DNA of 62,440 nt, counting the filler, from Rhabdomonas costata (lineage: Eukaryota): assembly GCA_019059605.1 (NCBI GenBank). It is 36 parts of 36 records of this genome, joined end to end, with 100 filler letters (N's around TTAATTAATTAA, not from the genome) between each part and the next. Parts side by side here need not be neighbours in the genome. Positions count along the whole stretch, not along the records: positions 36,493 to 38,129 come from JAHMHO010011543.1; positions 38,230 to 39,870 come from JAHMHO010011544.1; positions 39,971 to 41,607 come from JAHMHO010011545.1; positions 41,708 to 43,344 come from JAHMHO010011546.1; positions 43,445 to 45,081 come from JAHMHO010011547.1; positions 45,182 to 46,814 come from JAHMHO010011548.1; positions 46,915 to 48,550 come from JAHMHO010011549.1; positions 48,651 to 50,286 come from JAHMHO010011550.1; 28 more parts are not named here. One strand, written 5' to 3'. Below the pieces are notes generated by a model. The model ran no database searches and had not been told where the DNA came from. It saw only the letters and a list, made by a program, of their open reading frames with translations. Positions 37,019 to 50,060 of the stretch are shown here, one piece after another. Every line of letters starts with the position of its first letter. Position 1 is the first letter of the stretch. Made by a program: the position numbers and the translations under genes.

Positions 37019-37590
37019 ATGTTCGGCTCGAAGAAGGAGCTGCAGAAGGTGAAAGAGATCTTAGAGCGCAAGGAGGAGCTCCAGGCTCATCTCTTGACCC
37101 AGCACAAGGCCGCTCTAAGGTCACTTCTTTCACTTCTCATTTGTTTCGAACATGAGAATGCCTTTCGCTCAACTCCTGAAAGTCCTGAAAGTCGGTTCCC
37201 ATTTCAAACACCACATCGACGCTCAGCAAACGGAAATAATTTCGACCCGACCCATAACCTAAACCGAACCCCACGGTCACAGACTGCGATGAAAACCAAT
37301 CAGGGCAAACATGAGGAATAAGAAGAAGGGTGCCGCAGGTACAGTAGTTGTTGCCCTTTCTATCGCCCCTTCCTTCCGCCCCTACAGCGCTAACTGTACT
37401 TGGCGTTCCGCCGCTGTTTAACTTGTTGATGTCTGTGGTGCCTTTCCTCGGCTTCTGTTGGTTTTGATGAGTGTCTTTGGCGCACGCTGCAGGGAGCTGG
37501 AGGAGGTGAAGCAAGAGCGGGACGCCCTTCTCCGAGACCGGGAGCGTGTCGAGCGAGACCGAGAGTCCTGGCTGAAGGAGTTTTGGGGTG
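37019..37590 (+). CDS. Probable exons of a coiled-coil protein (boundaries approximate)
   Basis: MFGSKKELQKVKEILERKEELQAHLL and RELEEVKQERDALLRDRERVERDRE are heptad-like and charge-rich. Confidence 0.45.
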
Positions 37591-38229
37591 CCGTGCTTAC
37601 AGCGTTGTGTTCATGCAGCCCAGATACTGTGAATGGCAAAAAGATTTACAGACTCTTAGGACCATCATATTCGATGCAGAAGGCCCGTTGTGAACCTGAG
37701 ACTCTTTGATGAAGGAAGGAGAGGATGGAAATTGAATGGCGAAAAAACCCTAGGAGAACATTGGTTCCTTGAGCGTGGTGATTGATCTGCTGCATAACGG
37801 TCATGCGTTTATTATGTGTTATTTTAGCTGTGTGCGCGGTTCATAGAGGGGAGGCCAATCATCGCCGCTCGCATCTCATTCTCAATGACTCAGGTCTGCG
37901 AGTGGGAGAAAGAAAGGAAGCACAGAGGCTCGATCTCAGATCGCAGGTACCCATTGTTTTATTTTTCGCGTTTCTGCCGGAGTTGTCACGTTTTGAGTCA
38001 TATTGGACTTCCTTTGCATTGCCATGTCTGCAATGCCGTTACTGATGATTTTTTTGGGGCAGTAGAAGTGCGAACCTGAACGAACGGCAAGTGGGTTTGG
38101 GTACCCCCCCACCCAAACACACCCACCACNNNNNNNNNNNNNNNNNNNNNNNNNNNNNNNNNNNNNNNNNNNNTTAATTAATTAANNNNNNNNNNNNNNN
38201 NNNNNNNNNNNNNNNNNNNNNNNNNNNNN

Positions 38230-38800
38230 GGAAGGGCCAACACCGGTTTCAGCGTGTATGCCGTGGGTGATCATGGGTGCTTGGTGTGTGTGTGTGTGTG
38301 TGTGTGTGTTGCGAGGTGGAAGCGTGTTCTTTCGGTACTTTGGGTGTCTTGTGCAGGGTTGGTGTTGGTGTCTGGGGTGGATGCTGTGGATGTGAGTTAA
38401 ATGTGGGCGTGTGCTGGCTCATTCGTATGTGAGGTTGCACCCATCTGACTTTGGTTGTAGGTTGTTTGTTGCAGGGTTTGGTGTTAACGGTGGGTTGGTT
38501 GCTGTGTAGTTCGGCGAGGCTGGGTTCGGAGTTGGTGTGCAGATGGTGGGTATGGGTGTGGGTATGGGTTCTTCTTCTTGGGTGTTTCCTCGGCCTTCCA
38601 TGTTTCTGCTTACCCATAGGTGCGTATCGGTGTTGGTATGGTTGACTGCGTTGCCTGTGGGGTTGATGATCGGTTCGGTGTTTCTTCGGCTTTAGTGGGT
38701 CTTGACAGCGGTAACTTGGGGCAACGGTGATGTCTGTGTTGTGTGCTTCTCTGGTGGGTTGTGAGGTGTGGGCTTGTGCAGGTGTTTGTTGTCGTCTGTG
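38230..38800 (+). pseudogene. G+T-skewed mitochondrial-type mosaic: nad5 motif fragment followed by a degenerate nad1-like sequence
   Basis: 38231-38254 encodes EGPTPVSA, the invariant nad5 motif, and then diverges. The frame 38396-38764 has weak nad1-like segments (RLHPSD..LFVAGF..GG..AV*FGE and FPR...WLTALP). The G/T skew is the same as in the nad4 contig. Confidence 0.45.
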
Positions 38801-39474
38801 TTTTTCAGGAGTTTCCTGTTGTTAATTCACTCCCAGGTCGTCGTAAGTGTTGTGCTTCTTCATTGGTAAACACCCAAGCCAATCTATTCTAATGCAACAG
38901 TCATGTCCTGCTGTAAAGCAGTTTCAGACTTTCACTTCGGCATCAACAACAGTATGGAAAACATGTTCGACTACACCAACACTGATGACCGAGATCATCA
39001 AAGCCCAAAGTTCTGAGAAAGACTTTTCTCCGGTGACGAATGCTCGTCACGAATTATCGCCGAAACGGTGATTAACAGGACGTCGCAAGCTGTCGCAAGC
39101 TGCCGCGAGACGTCGCGAACTGTCGCAGGACTCGGCGACGCATGATCTTGCTTAGTGGTACTCACTGAAAAGATCTTGATTATATATCAAAAATAATTTA
39201 AAATATATGATTAAATAATCATAACTTTATTAACACCACATGCAAGTTTATTTAATAGCCAATAAAAAGGATACATTATTAAATAATAAATAAGAATGTA
39301 GACGAAAATCCTATTTTCCATGTAAAATCAGGTTCAGGTGCATTACATTCAGCAGTAGTAAATACACGATGAAATCTATCAAAATAATTTATTTTATTTC
39401 GTCTGACTATTTATAATTGTATAATAATTACAAATTCAAACATAAACTAGAATAAATAGTATTCTATCATTAAA

Positions 39475-39699
39475 ATGGCACTTGAAACATATATGAAACA
39501 TCATTATACACCTAAAAGAGATATTGTCGGTTTTATCTGTCGTGATTTCTTTAATAAAGAATGTACATGTGCATATAATCCATATTCTAAGATATATTTT
39601 AATATTACATCATTAGATGACATGAAAACAATTGAAAAATATTATAAAAATAAACATGAAATTGAGATTTTGAGAAATGTTTTGACTGTAATGATGTAG
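39475..39699 (+). CDS. Short intronless AT-rich ORF of unknown function in an AT-rich island
   Basis: ATG in an AAAATGG context; K/N/I/Y-rich. Composition is unlike host exons. Confidence 0.35.
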   Translation: MALETYMKHHYTPKRDIVGFICRDFFNKECTCAYNPYSKIYFNITSLDDMKTIEKYYKNKHEIEILRNVLTVMM

Positions 39700-40965
39700 A
39701 TTGTATAAAAATTCATTTGTATGATGAATCTATAGCTTGTTCGTTTATTATTATTGATAACAATGAATATATTGAAATTGAAAAAAATTATGCACACTGG
39801 ATGGATATAAATGAATCGAAACCAATCATAAATTTCTGTCTTGATAAAAAGACAGCTGAGCAACACAACCNNNNNNNNNNNNNNNNNNNNNNNNNNNNNN
39901 NNNNNNNNNNNNNNTTAATTAATTAANNNNNNNNNNNNNNNNNNNNNNNNNNNNNNNNNNNNNNNNNNNNTGTGGGGGTGTGTTTGGGGTGTTTTGGCCA
40001 TGGTGTGCGTGTCTTTGTATGTGTGTGTGTCTGCGTTGTTGTGTGTTGTGTGTTGTGTGTTGTGTGTTGTGTGTTGTGTGCATTCGACATGCAGAACGTC
40101 TATGAGTGTGTCTCTGCAGAAAAACGAGCACAAATGGTGAGGGTGGCCCGGATTAGAGGGTAAGAGTTGTCGGTGAACCTAAATTTTAGTGTAACAATAT
40201 TCATGGCCTTGGCCGCGTGGAAAGCAGAGATGACGGCAAAAACGACTTGGATGTTGCGAAGGATATCGGTACATATCGGTAGAGCTCCGAGGGGGGGTCA
40301 ACTGTAAAAAAAGGACTAGACCTCAAGAGAAAGAAAATGGGGGTAGGGTGAAAAACCATCTGACACTCAGAAGAGCGGAGAGTTGAGCGCGTTATTGTAC
40401 TCAAAATCCCTTAGTGGAGGATCCCAGAGGAGTGATTCGCATCCCGGGAAGCGGTCAGGAAGCGGGGGAGGAAAATCCGGCAGCCCTCCGGTCAAAAAGA
40501 ATGCACAACGACGCTGCATTGCTCATGCAGTGCGGGCATATTTCTACGTGTTCTTGTCTCTGGTGCGATCGAGGGTTGAGTGCGTGTAATTATTGTCGGC
40601 GCCCCAAAGCGCCACAAAGGATTCTGACTAGGAGAAGAGCAAAGAGGCCCAACCTTCACATACGTAATACATGTCCGAACTGGACATTTTTATACCGCAC
40701 CCACAGTTCGCAGTGCCAAAGAAAACGTGCACAGGCCGTTTACTACGCATTGTCAGCCCGTTTACACAGTGCGCATCCGACGCCTTACTAATGCCGTTAA
40801 AACCTTGGGCCTTCTTCGACATGCTTCGCGTTTGGCTTTGCAAAATTGTTTCAGGGGCACGGGTTGCTTCCACTTATCAACAGCAACGTAGCGCATCTTC
40901 ATTCTGCTGTGGTGTGACCTTTTGGCGCCCTTTTGGCGCACACCCGCCGGACGCGCCTGCCTCAG

Positions 40966-41109
40966 GTGGACTTCCTGCACAATGGGATGGCCCAAGGGTT
41001 CCTGAAGCCCTTCACCAACAACCCCGAGATGCAGCGCACGGTGGTATCGGAGATTCTCCGCCTGTGCCACGCTTCAATGTTCCGGAACAAGCGGTGGAGC
41101 CACGTTGCA
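40966..41109 (+). CDS. Exon of an unidentified protein
   Basis: cag|VDFLHNGMAQGFLKPFTNNPEMQRTVVSEILRLCHASMFRNKRWSHVA|gtacgc with strong third-position GC bias. Confidence 0.55.
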
Positions 41110-43935
41110 GTACGCCTGCAATTCATCGCGGTGCGTCCCGTGGAGGGGGCCACCGCCGCAACCCCTAGCCGGGGCTGAGGGGGCTGACTCCTTACTCCCT
41201 ACTTAGGTGGACGCCGGAGACAACTGGAGAGAGCATAGTTTTCTCGCCTCTTCTGCGCCGGACTTCTCTTCCCTCTTTTTGCGGTTACTTGCATTGTGTT
41301 TGTGCAGTCCCAAACATCTCTGGGGTGACATTCTTGTACGCTTTCTTTCCAACAGCTGGGCAATCGCAATTTTTAACCCAACTCGTTAATTATTATTTGT
41401 CGTGCGCTCCAGTGAAAACGCAAATAGTTTTTGTCACGTTTGCTTGTCGTGAACTGTCGTGAATGAAATTAGCGATTAATTAGCATTAGTGGGTGTAATT
41501 ATTTTTCGGTGAACCTTTCTCCTCCCCACCTTCGGGGGTAGTCGGAGGCACAAACGAAGTCCAGGTTGTTATACCGCTTTCCGCCAACTTGCTTGACCCA
41601 AACCCCCNNNNNNNNNNNNNNNNNNNNNNNNNNNNNNNNNNNNNNNNNNNNTTAATTAATTAANNNNNNNNNNNNNNNNNNNNNNNNNNNNNNNNNNNNN
41701 NNNNNNNTGTTGTGGTGGATGAGGGGAGTCTGAGCGGGGGTTACCTGCGCCTTCCCCTTGGTCCACAATTTTGATGCCCCACTGGTGGTTGGCTGAAGAA
41801 GAGAGAAGCGGATGTGGAGATGGGGAGTAGAGGCATGGAGTGACTCCGTCAAGGGATCACTTTTTAAATATATATTCGATTATTTACTAGAAAGGAAAAC
41901 CACTCAGTCTCTGTTGTACGTACCGAGACAAAGCATGCAGCGCTAAAAACCGTTGGTTACAAAAACAGGAGTTATCCAAGGGAGGACGTTGGAAACTCAT
42001 GGCTTGGAAATTACATTCTTTCTCTATCACTCCAAAAACTGCTTTCTAGAAGATGCTATCTTCGGGGGGACTGGCACTATTTCAGCAGCGTCTGACTGTG
42101 GGCAAAGGCCCCTTCTGTCTTTCTGCCTCTAGCGGGCTCTTTTCGAATTTCGATTTTCTTTCCGCTCACGGGTGGTTTCTCGACGGAGGCGCAATTACAC
42201 AGGAGGTATGCAATTTGAGGTTCCTCAATGACGCATAAACGCGCACACGAGCGCACTGAAACCCGGGGAGAGAGTCTTCGTGGCTCTTAGGGTGACCCAC
42301 CCCCCGTTGGTCTCCTTGGTGGCAATCCCGTCCTCCACTCGGACTCCCGGGTGGACCACCGAGGAGTCAATTTGAAAGGGAATCAGCATCGGCGGAAAGA
42401 TAAAACAACCAACCGCAGAAACAGAGCTCCAAGACTAAACTACAGGAAAGGTCTGCTGAAACCCCCAGAAGCTCGAAATCGTAAATCGTAACAGCGGGAA
42501 AGCAAGTTCGGTTTGCAGGAAGAAAGGGGCCAAGTGTTTTGACAATTGTGAATTCGGGAGACGGTCCAGATACAAAGCGAAACTGAACCAAAAGTGGAAG
42601 GCTATGTACTGGAATACTTCCAGGACATTCCCGCACACACTAGATCTAGGGTGTCCCCTTGTTGGAAAAAAAAAACACAGGGCAGACCGTGAGGGTCAGG
42701 GCAAGCGATGACGAATCCGACCCCAGTGGAAAGCACGGGTTGTCAACATCCATGGTGCGGCAGGTTGAGTCAGGTGCAAGTCAAGTGCAGCCCAACGACT
42801 GCTTCATTCTATGAACGAGAGAGTCTCCTACATGCTGAGCGGGGAGTACGCAACGGCAGCGCAGCCATTCGAAAAGAGTTCACGGAGCAATTGGTTGTGG
42901 AACGGATGTGAGGTGGCTGTCTTTGTGCCCGTCTTTGCGAGTGACACCAGAGAAAAAGGCAAAATCTCCCACCCCACCAACCCCGTCAAAAACTAGGCAT
43001 TCTGGAAGCTGAAAACACAAAAAAAAAGATTACAGCCTTCACAAGGTGAAGTGCTCATCCACAGCACTGCATGCACATCCACATGCAAAGGGGTTTTGAA
43101 GCCCTTTGCGTTCCTCAAGGGTAGTGAGCGTCAAGTGGTCTTCTCAGTTCATCGCACCGTGGCGGCGCAGAGCCTCACTCACCTGCAAACGCCACGGGAA
43201 AGAAAGCTTGAAGCACCCCTTCCCAAAGCAGAAGCCCATTTGTGCATAAATTTTGGATTCTTCAATTCAGATTTCGGGCGTAGGTGTTCAGAAAGCCTTT
43301 GGAGCCTTTTCGACAGTGACCACTTGGAAAAGGCCCCAAACACCNNNNNNNNNNNNNNNNNNNNNNNNNNNNNNNNNNNNNNNNNNNNTTAATTAATTAA
43401 NNNNNNNNNNNNNNNNNNNNNNNNNNNNNNNNNNNNNNNNNNNNGTGGGGGGGTCAGTAATGTGGCGTTCCTGTGGGTTTTTTGTTTGATGCCAGAGATC
43501 AGTATTCGCCGAGCCCACTGGGCCCAAAGTTCCAAGTTCCCCTCCGACCATTTGTCTGTCGGATGATCTTGAGAAGCCAGTGGGCTCGTCTCTTTTTCTG
43601 GTTTGCCTCTGCCTTTGTGCCTTCTCTCTTTTTCTGATTGCTTGCATTTCCCGTGATTGCTGCAGCGCCAGCCGAGCTGCTGCTCACATGCATCCACTGC
43701 AACCCCCCCCCCTCTCCACCGTTTTTCTTCCTGCGTTTCTCCTTGTCGGTGTTCGCTGACCTTATACATATGGAAACCTGAACTGGCTTTTCTTTTCCTG
43801 CATGGTTGTTATGACCACCGTGTTACGTTGCGACGCTTCCTTAACTCGTTGTCCATGATTTCTTCCGTCTGTATGAGCCGATCAACAGAAATGGATAATA
43901 TGAAGCGCGGATGCCGAGATTTTTCAAGTTAAGCG

Positions 43936-44010
43936 TGACCCCCAGGATGGCTACGCAGCGTTTCGGGAGGGCTGCTCTGTTTACAAAGTCCCCTTCGGCT
44001 TAGCCCTCAC
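43936..44010 (+). mobile_element. Dispersed repeat, copy B (diverged)
   Basis: GACCCCCAGGATGGCTACGCAGCGTTTCGGGAGGGCTGCT...CTTCGGCTTAGCCCTC aligns with 52358-52438. Confidence 0.75.
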
Positions 44011-45904
44011 CCTGATCTTACCTGTCAAATACTGGATTCTTGCAAGGTATATGTCCTGCCTGTGCTTCACAATGAGATGCGGTCCACGTACGTTGAAAAC
44101 GAAGAACAGAAAGCGCACGCCATCCCAATGGTAGAAAGACGCGCTGTTGGTAGACTCGAACCCCGTGCACACTCAACGTTGCGCGAGCGTTCAACCCAAG
44201 AGAAGGACCGCCACTTTATGCACACCAGAGAGTCCTCCTGCGGAGACCTCGATGCTTAATCTGTCCCCTTTTACAACGAGGCATATCGACCCAAGCGACT
44301 TCCTTTGCAGGTTTCTGCTTTGAGTCTTCTCTATGCATTGAGTGTACTCCGTTTTGGACGCACTGCGTCAATGACGAGCATGGATGAACGCGTGCAGCAG
44401 CTGCGAAACGTCATTCAGACGTTGTGTCAGCCCTCAGGAAGCGCTGGCGAAGGCGCCTCCGGCAGCGGGGACCCCCGGGCTGCGCCCCAGATGCTCCCCA
44501 TCGGCATGTCTGCAGAGCAATTGGTTAAGCTGTGGCGCCGTCGCCCGCCGCAGCCGTGCCCCGACCTTAGCCCTGGTATTGCACTCGCTTTGCTTGCATT
44601 AGATCAGATGCGAAGTAGTGACATGTAGTGATTCAAGCAAACGCAGCAGTGCGTTGGACTTCCGCGCTGCCGCGCAGAATTTTATAAGGAGTTGGGTGGA
44701 ATTAGATTGCTCAGACGAATTGATGGAGTGCGGGTTTTGAGACTCACCCCACCGCCAATTTACTACCCCCGCATCGGCAAAACTGATGTTTCACCACCGA
44801 CGTTCTCACCAATTGGTTGGTCTGGCGACGCTTAACGTCCTTAAGAATTGTTCTAAAAAACCCGTTAAGAATCGAAAGATCGCAGTACCGAAAGAGGCAC
44901 AGACAGGCATTTTTCAACCTGTCCAAGTGTTACGGGCGGGCGTCCAAACGTCAAACGAACAACAGACGAACAGTCCAACCGAATCATGGTCAAATTTGTC
45001 TTAGTAAACTTGACTTGTAAATGAGGTGAGCGGTGCAGGACCGCATAATCATTTGAAGCTTGGCTTGAATACACAACACACNNNNNNNNNNNNNNNNNNN
45101 NNNNNNNNNNNNNNNNNNNNNNNNNTTAATTAATTAANNNNNNNNNNNNNNNNNNNNNNNNNNNNNNNNNNNNNNNNNNNNTTTTCAGATGGTATACCAA
45201 ATGAAAACTCATCATTTCCCACCATTTTCCATCCCACAAACTTTCCTTCTCTCGTCTGAAGCCTTCCTCTCTCTTCCCTTCCCTTTGTTTCCTAAGAAAT
45301 CTGTACGATTCTTGGGTCTGTTTTTGCAGGAATATGGCTTCTAGATTCTGCAAACGTGTCATGAAAATATTACGACGGGATTGGTTTTTAGCTGGATTAC
45401 ATGGTGATCGAACCTAAGCAGGACGTTGGCCTTTGCCCCATTCCAGACTCCCACACAAGGGGAACGGAGTGACAGCTTTTATTACATTACATACATTTAG
45501 AAAACTAATTACAGGCAATGCTCATGCAAAGCAGGAGGGAAGGTTCAAAGAGTTATCATGATCGCATTCAGCCCCAAGGCTCAAGACTCAGGGAAGCGGC
45601 AGCGGAAGGAAGCCTTTGCCCGACAGAACCGGGTGGATGGTCTGGGCTTTTCCCGATTGCTGGAAGCTGGAATTCTCAACAAACAAAGCCAAAATTCCGG
45701 GAAAGAACGGGAACCACGAAAGAGAAAGGGAACCAAAAAAATTCAAACGGAAAAATACATCGGCTCGTTTAATTCCCAAAAATTGCGGCCATAAAAACCG
45801 CCTGACGGTTAAGCAAGCTGCCGGATCCATTTCCACAACTGTTGGATGCTGCTCTTCTGCGGGGGGAGGGTGGCGCATATCTGCGAACCTGCCCCGGCAC
45901 ACAC

Positions 45905-46060
45905 CTGGTCCAGCACCTCCAGTAGGACCCTCAGGGAGAATTGGTCCAGCCCCATCAGCCGCGTCGCCACCGCACCGGCAAGCCCACTACGGCAGACGCA
46001 CAGCATGCCCAGAAGAACCTGCAGCAACACTGCAAGGCCGTCCTTGGACTTCTTCTTCAC
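45905..46060 (-). CDS. Exon resembling the HOOK-family N-terminal domain
   Basis: LAVLLQVLLGMLCVC...RLMGLDQFSLRVLLEVLDQ resembles the HOOK pattern L..LLQL.LG.AV.C......IM.L.ES.Q..+M..IQE. Tentative. Confidence 0.35.
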
Positions 46061-48101
46061 TGCGGGGGGAAGACATTAAAGAATGCACGGGGGAACGCAA
46101 AGCGCGAGGCGTAGTACTTGAGCTACAGCGAGCGATAGCCAGTGCAATGGGAGCACACATTTTCTATTGCCGGTCGTGGAACATGCAGCGAGGCAATTAA
46201 CTCATCTTAGAAGTCCGTCTTGGGTAACTATCTTACAAAGGACAGGGGCTTCAGAATTTTTTATAATCGACACACGGGAACCAAATACGCAACAAGAATG
46301 ATGCAAAATGAAGGAAATGATTAGTGTCCGTTCACCATAACGCTCACCATTTCACTCCATGCATACCATACACTTTTTATCCTCCTTCAACCTTTATCCT
46401 CTGCTCATATCGATACCTTGTTTTCCAGGGGAAGCCCTGCAGTAAACATCCCAGCCTGTTTATCAGGAGAAAGGAATGGGAGTCATCTGTTACCGATTGG
46501 GGCGCAATCAAGAAACGCCCCGAAGTGCACCCCCGCGTTGAAGGCGAAGAATTGGCCGTAAAACTTGTCCAGCTCGCCGACCACCCTGATAAATAAGAAT
46601 ATAAGAATAAAGAGGCGCTTCAACCCTCGGCCACCCGGAAACGTAGGCGGCTGGTGATGGGGCTTGAGCCGAAGCCGTTTCGAGGTCTTGACAGACACAC
46701 TGAGACAGGAGAGTGATGGCGCCAGGCAACCACGGTGACAAATGAAACGCGATGCCCCTCTCTGCTCTTCCCGTGTGCAAGAGACAAGCGAACCCTCCTC
46801 CTCTCCCCCACACCNNNNNNNNNNNNNNNNNNNNNNNNNNNNNNNNNNNNNNNNNNNNTTAATTAATTAANNNNNNNNNNNNNNNNNNNNNNNNNNNNNN
46901 NNNNNNNNNNNNNNTTTGTTTCTCTCGAAGGGAATTAGGAAGCCTTGGCTGTGTCCCATAGGACAAGATATTTCTTCTCGCAGGGGGTTAGGAAGCCTTG
47001 CCCGTGTCCCCTAGAAAAAGGGTCACTGCGAAAGGTATGCCATTTACATATTTATAGAAATACAGATAAATGTACGTTTGAATACATACAGTACGCTTCC
47101 CACACAGGAGTTGCTTTTTGCACGGTCTAAAACATGATGCAACAGTTGGGTACGCTACGCAGAAAACTCGGGGTAAAGGATCTCCGCTGCAAGACACCCA
47201 TCTGAGTCCAGCAGCATGAATGCATGGGAAAACGACTAGAAGGAAGATAGGAATGTCACATGCTGATCTCTAGGTTTCCCGGTTGGGGCTTACATTTGAT
47301 AATTAATTTATGACACATACAAAAAACAAGCCAATGGCGAGCAGCACCTACGAGGCTGGCGCCAACAAGCGACGCGCTGCGAAGCGTCGCCTCTCTGCAC
47401 CCACCCCCAAAACACACAGAAATGCAGGAAACTCTGCAAAAAAAAAAGGTTAGCAGCGCCTTCCTCCGGGAGAGAAGTCCCAGAGAAAATTGCGGGGAGA
47501 ATATACAATCCGAAAAGTGCCTACAAAAGAACCCCAACAGGAAAACAGGAAAACAGGAACATCGCTGGACAGTAGGCCCACAGCAACTGATGGGAGGGAT
47601 CCATTACATCGCGTTTCAAAGAAAATCCCCAAATATAGAAACAACGATGTCCAGGGTCCAATTAGATCCTGAGGGCTACAGAGACAGTGAGCATGTGCGA
47701 TAAATGCACCCGTTAAAATTCTCACCAATGGACGGGACTTGGCCATGAAAGCATTGCCAGTAAAAAAAATGGCCGTAGTATGACATCCTCGTTAGCAGCA
47801 TTGTGTTTCCTTGTTTGTTAGTTCATATACTTCGGGGCGGGCGTTCAAGGTGTGTTGTGAAAAACTCCCACACATACAGGGGATGAAGCCAAACAATCAA
47901 GCGAACAAATCTAGTGTCGAAAGAACCAACCGGGGTTGCTTTGATTGATTCTTTGTTCTCTGATCCGATTACGTGGCGAGATGCATAGAAGACCCCGGCC
48001 CGCATCCAGGTGACGAGGAGCTGAAATATCCTCAACCCAAACGTCAAGAGCCCACATATCAAGGCACAGAACAGGGAGTCAGACAGAGGCGGGTGATTTG
48101 C

Positions 48102-48197
48102 CTGGTATCTTCCTGCGCGGGGTCTCCTTCATTGCTCATCAGCAGCACTGTGATGTAACTTTGCCAAAGGTCATTCAGGGGTTGGTAGAGGCGATAC
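48102..48197 (-). CDS. Exon resembling RNase P/MRP subunit p29 (POP4)
   Basis: YRLYQPLNDLWQSYITVLL fits the p29 motif Y....PLH.LW..Y...LL. The downstream D.HG exon was not found. The donor would be GC. Confidence 0.4.
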
Positions 48198-48840
48198 CTA
48201 AGCAGCCGCAACGAAGGAGAGGATGGAGTGGGGTTATAACACACAAATGATGAGTCGAGGATGGGCGAAACCTTCCCTCGAGGTCACAATAAACAGAGAG
48301 ACAAAGATACGACGCAGTGTTACCAAAAGCCCAGTTGGGTTGGAGGGCTTGAAATACCAGAAGTGAGAAGACACCACCAAAGAGGGCGCCCCACGACAGG
48401 AACACTGACAGGTCTACCCAGCTCTACCCAGCCGCCAACTACCACACTTCAGCGGCTTTACAGGCTGAAAAAATTTCCTGTTTCCACAGGGGCATCTAAC
48501 AACTACTGCTACCATTTGAAAAAGTCCATTTATTCGTTTGACCAAAAACANNNNNNNNNNNNNNNNNNNNNNNNNNNNNNNNNNNNNNNNNNNNTTAATT
48601 AATTAANNNNNNNNNNNNNNNNNNNNNNNNNNNNNNNNNNNNNNNNNNNNATTCGCAGGTCTGCATAATGCTGGGCCAAGGGGCCATTTAGCTTATCTTA
48701 GGATAGAGCCCAGGTGAACTTCCCGGGAGTGCGCCGGAGGGCGGTGTAACTCCATTTAAAAGTCAAGCTCCAGTGGCTGTCGCCGTCACTGCCGTGTTCG
48801 TGAAGTGGAGTCAGCGGATTTTGATTCGTCTGTTATTCAG

Positions 48841-50060
48841 GTGGTATTCCTGTCCCACCTGGTGATCTTCCCTACCTTCTCCACGGCCACCTTGCAGGCG
48901 GATGCCCGCCAAACCCTGGAGCTGGTCGCCACGCTGCTGAAGCGGAGGGCTCGGAAGTTCGCCGGGCTAGCCCCTGGGGCAGGCGAGGACCCTCCCCCGG
49001 AAGCACAGGGTGGCGACGCCGCAGAGGAAGACAGGCTGCAGGCCAGTCTGTGGGACAGGCAATTCGATTCCGCTCCCCTCTACCCTCCGCGTTCTTCTGT
49101 GGTGGTTGCTCTTTTGTCTCACCTGTAACAAAATGCAAAAGGGGACGTCTTCAGTGGGAACAGAACCTGCACATTACAACAGTCTGGCGTCACGTGCGGC
49201 CGGTTTCTGTCCCCGGTCCACACACATGGTGCAAGACACAGAGTTCACCCCTACCCACCCATCCGCCTACAAAGTCCTACTACAACTCACCCGGTCTTCA
49301 GCACTGATCGCCAATGTGAGTGCAGCATTTGGACTTACTCCCTGCTGTTTGCGGACAATCCTGCAGCCAGGTTCTCGGGCGCGGGGATGGAGCCTGCCTC
49401 GGACTCAGTTTGTCTACGTCCGCCGTGCATTGCTACATATTGTTTTATTTGCCGAACAGCGGAAGCTGTCACTTTGATCGTCATCGTGAAAATGAGACAC
49501 TGGTTCATCTTCGGTTTTTGAGGGAGAATTTTCTCTTTGTTATGCATATATCGGGTGCGACTCTTTCTTTTGGGGAATCAGGAAACGCCAACCAGGGCCC
49601 AGAGTATGTTTTGAAGTTCCATTACGACATTACAATGGATTTTGCATGGACACTGAAATTGCGGCTGGTTTCCATGGAAGTTGTTCACAACAACGGAGCA
49701 AGTTTAGCCTCCTGCATCCTTGAGTTGGCCAAGTGGAAAGGAAAGTGTCCATCGGGATATAACCCAAGACCATGCGACATTCTTCCATTATTATGGGTTT
49801 TTTGGGGTGAAACGGAGCAGCTTGCTTTTTGGTAGATCGCGGGTTGGGTTCGGTCAGGGCTGCCGCGCTTAGCGCCGCGCTGCCCTTCTGCCAGCTGGAG
49901 CACGCCCTCCTGGTGGCCTCCACAGTGGTTCCCGCTGCTCGACTGGTTCAGCTGCTGGCCGGGCTGGTGCGCAGTCTGCCGCCCTACACCCACACCCTCG
50001 GGCACACCTCCTCGCAATACTCCCTGCGCGCCCCCTCCGCAGCTTGCCGCCAGCCCCGAG
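48841..50060 (+). CDS. Two probable exons (about 48841-49040 and 49858-50060) of an unidentified protein
   Basis: GC-rich, Leu/Ala-rich open blocks that follow cag acceptors. Confidence 0.45.
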
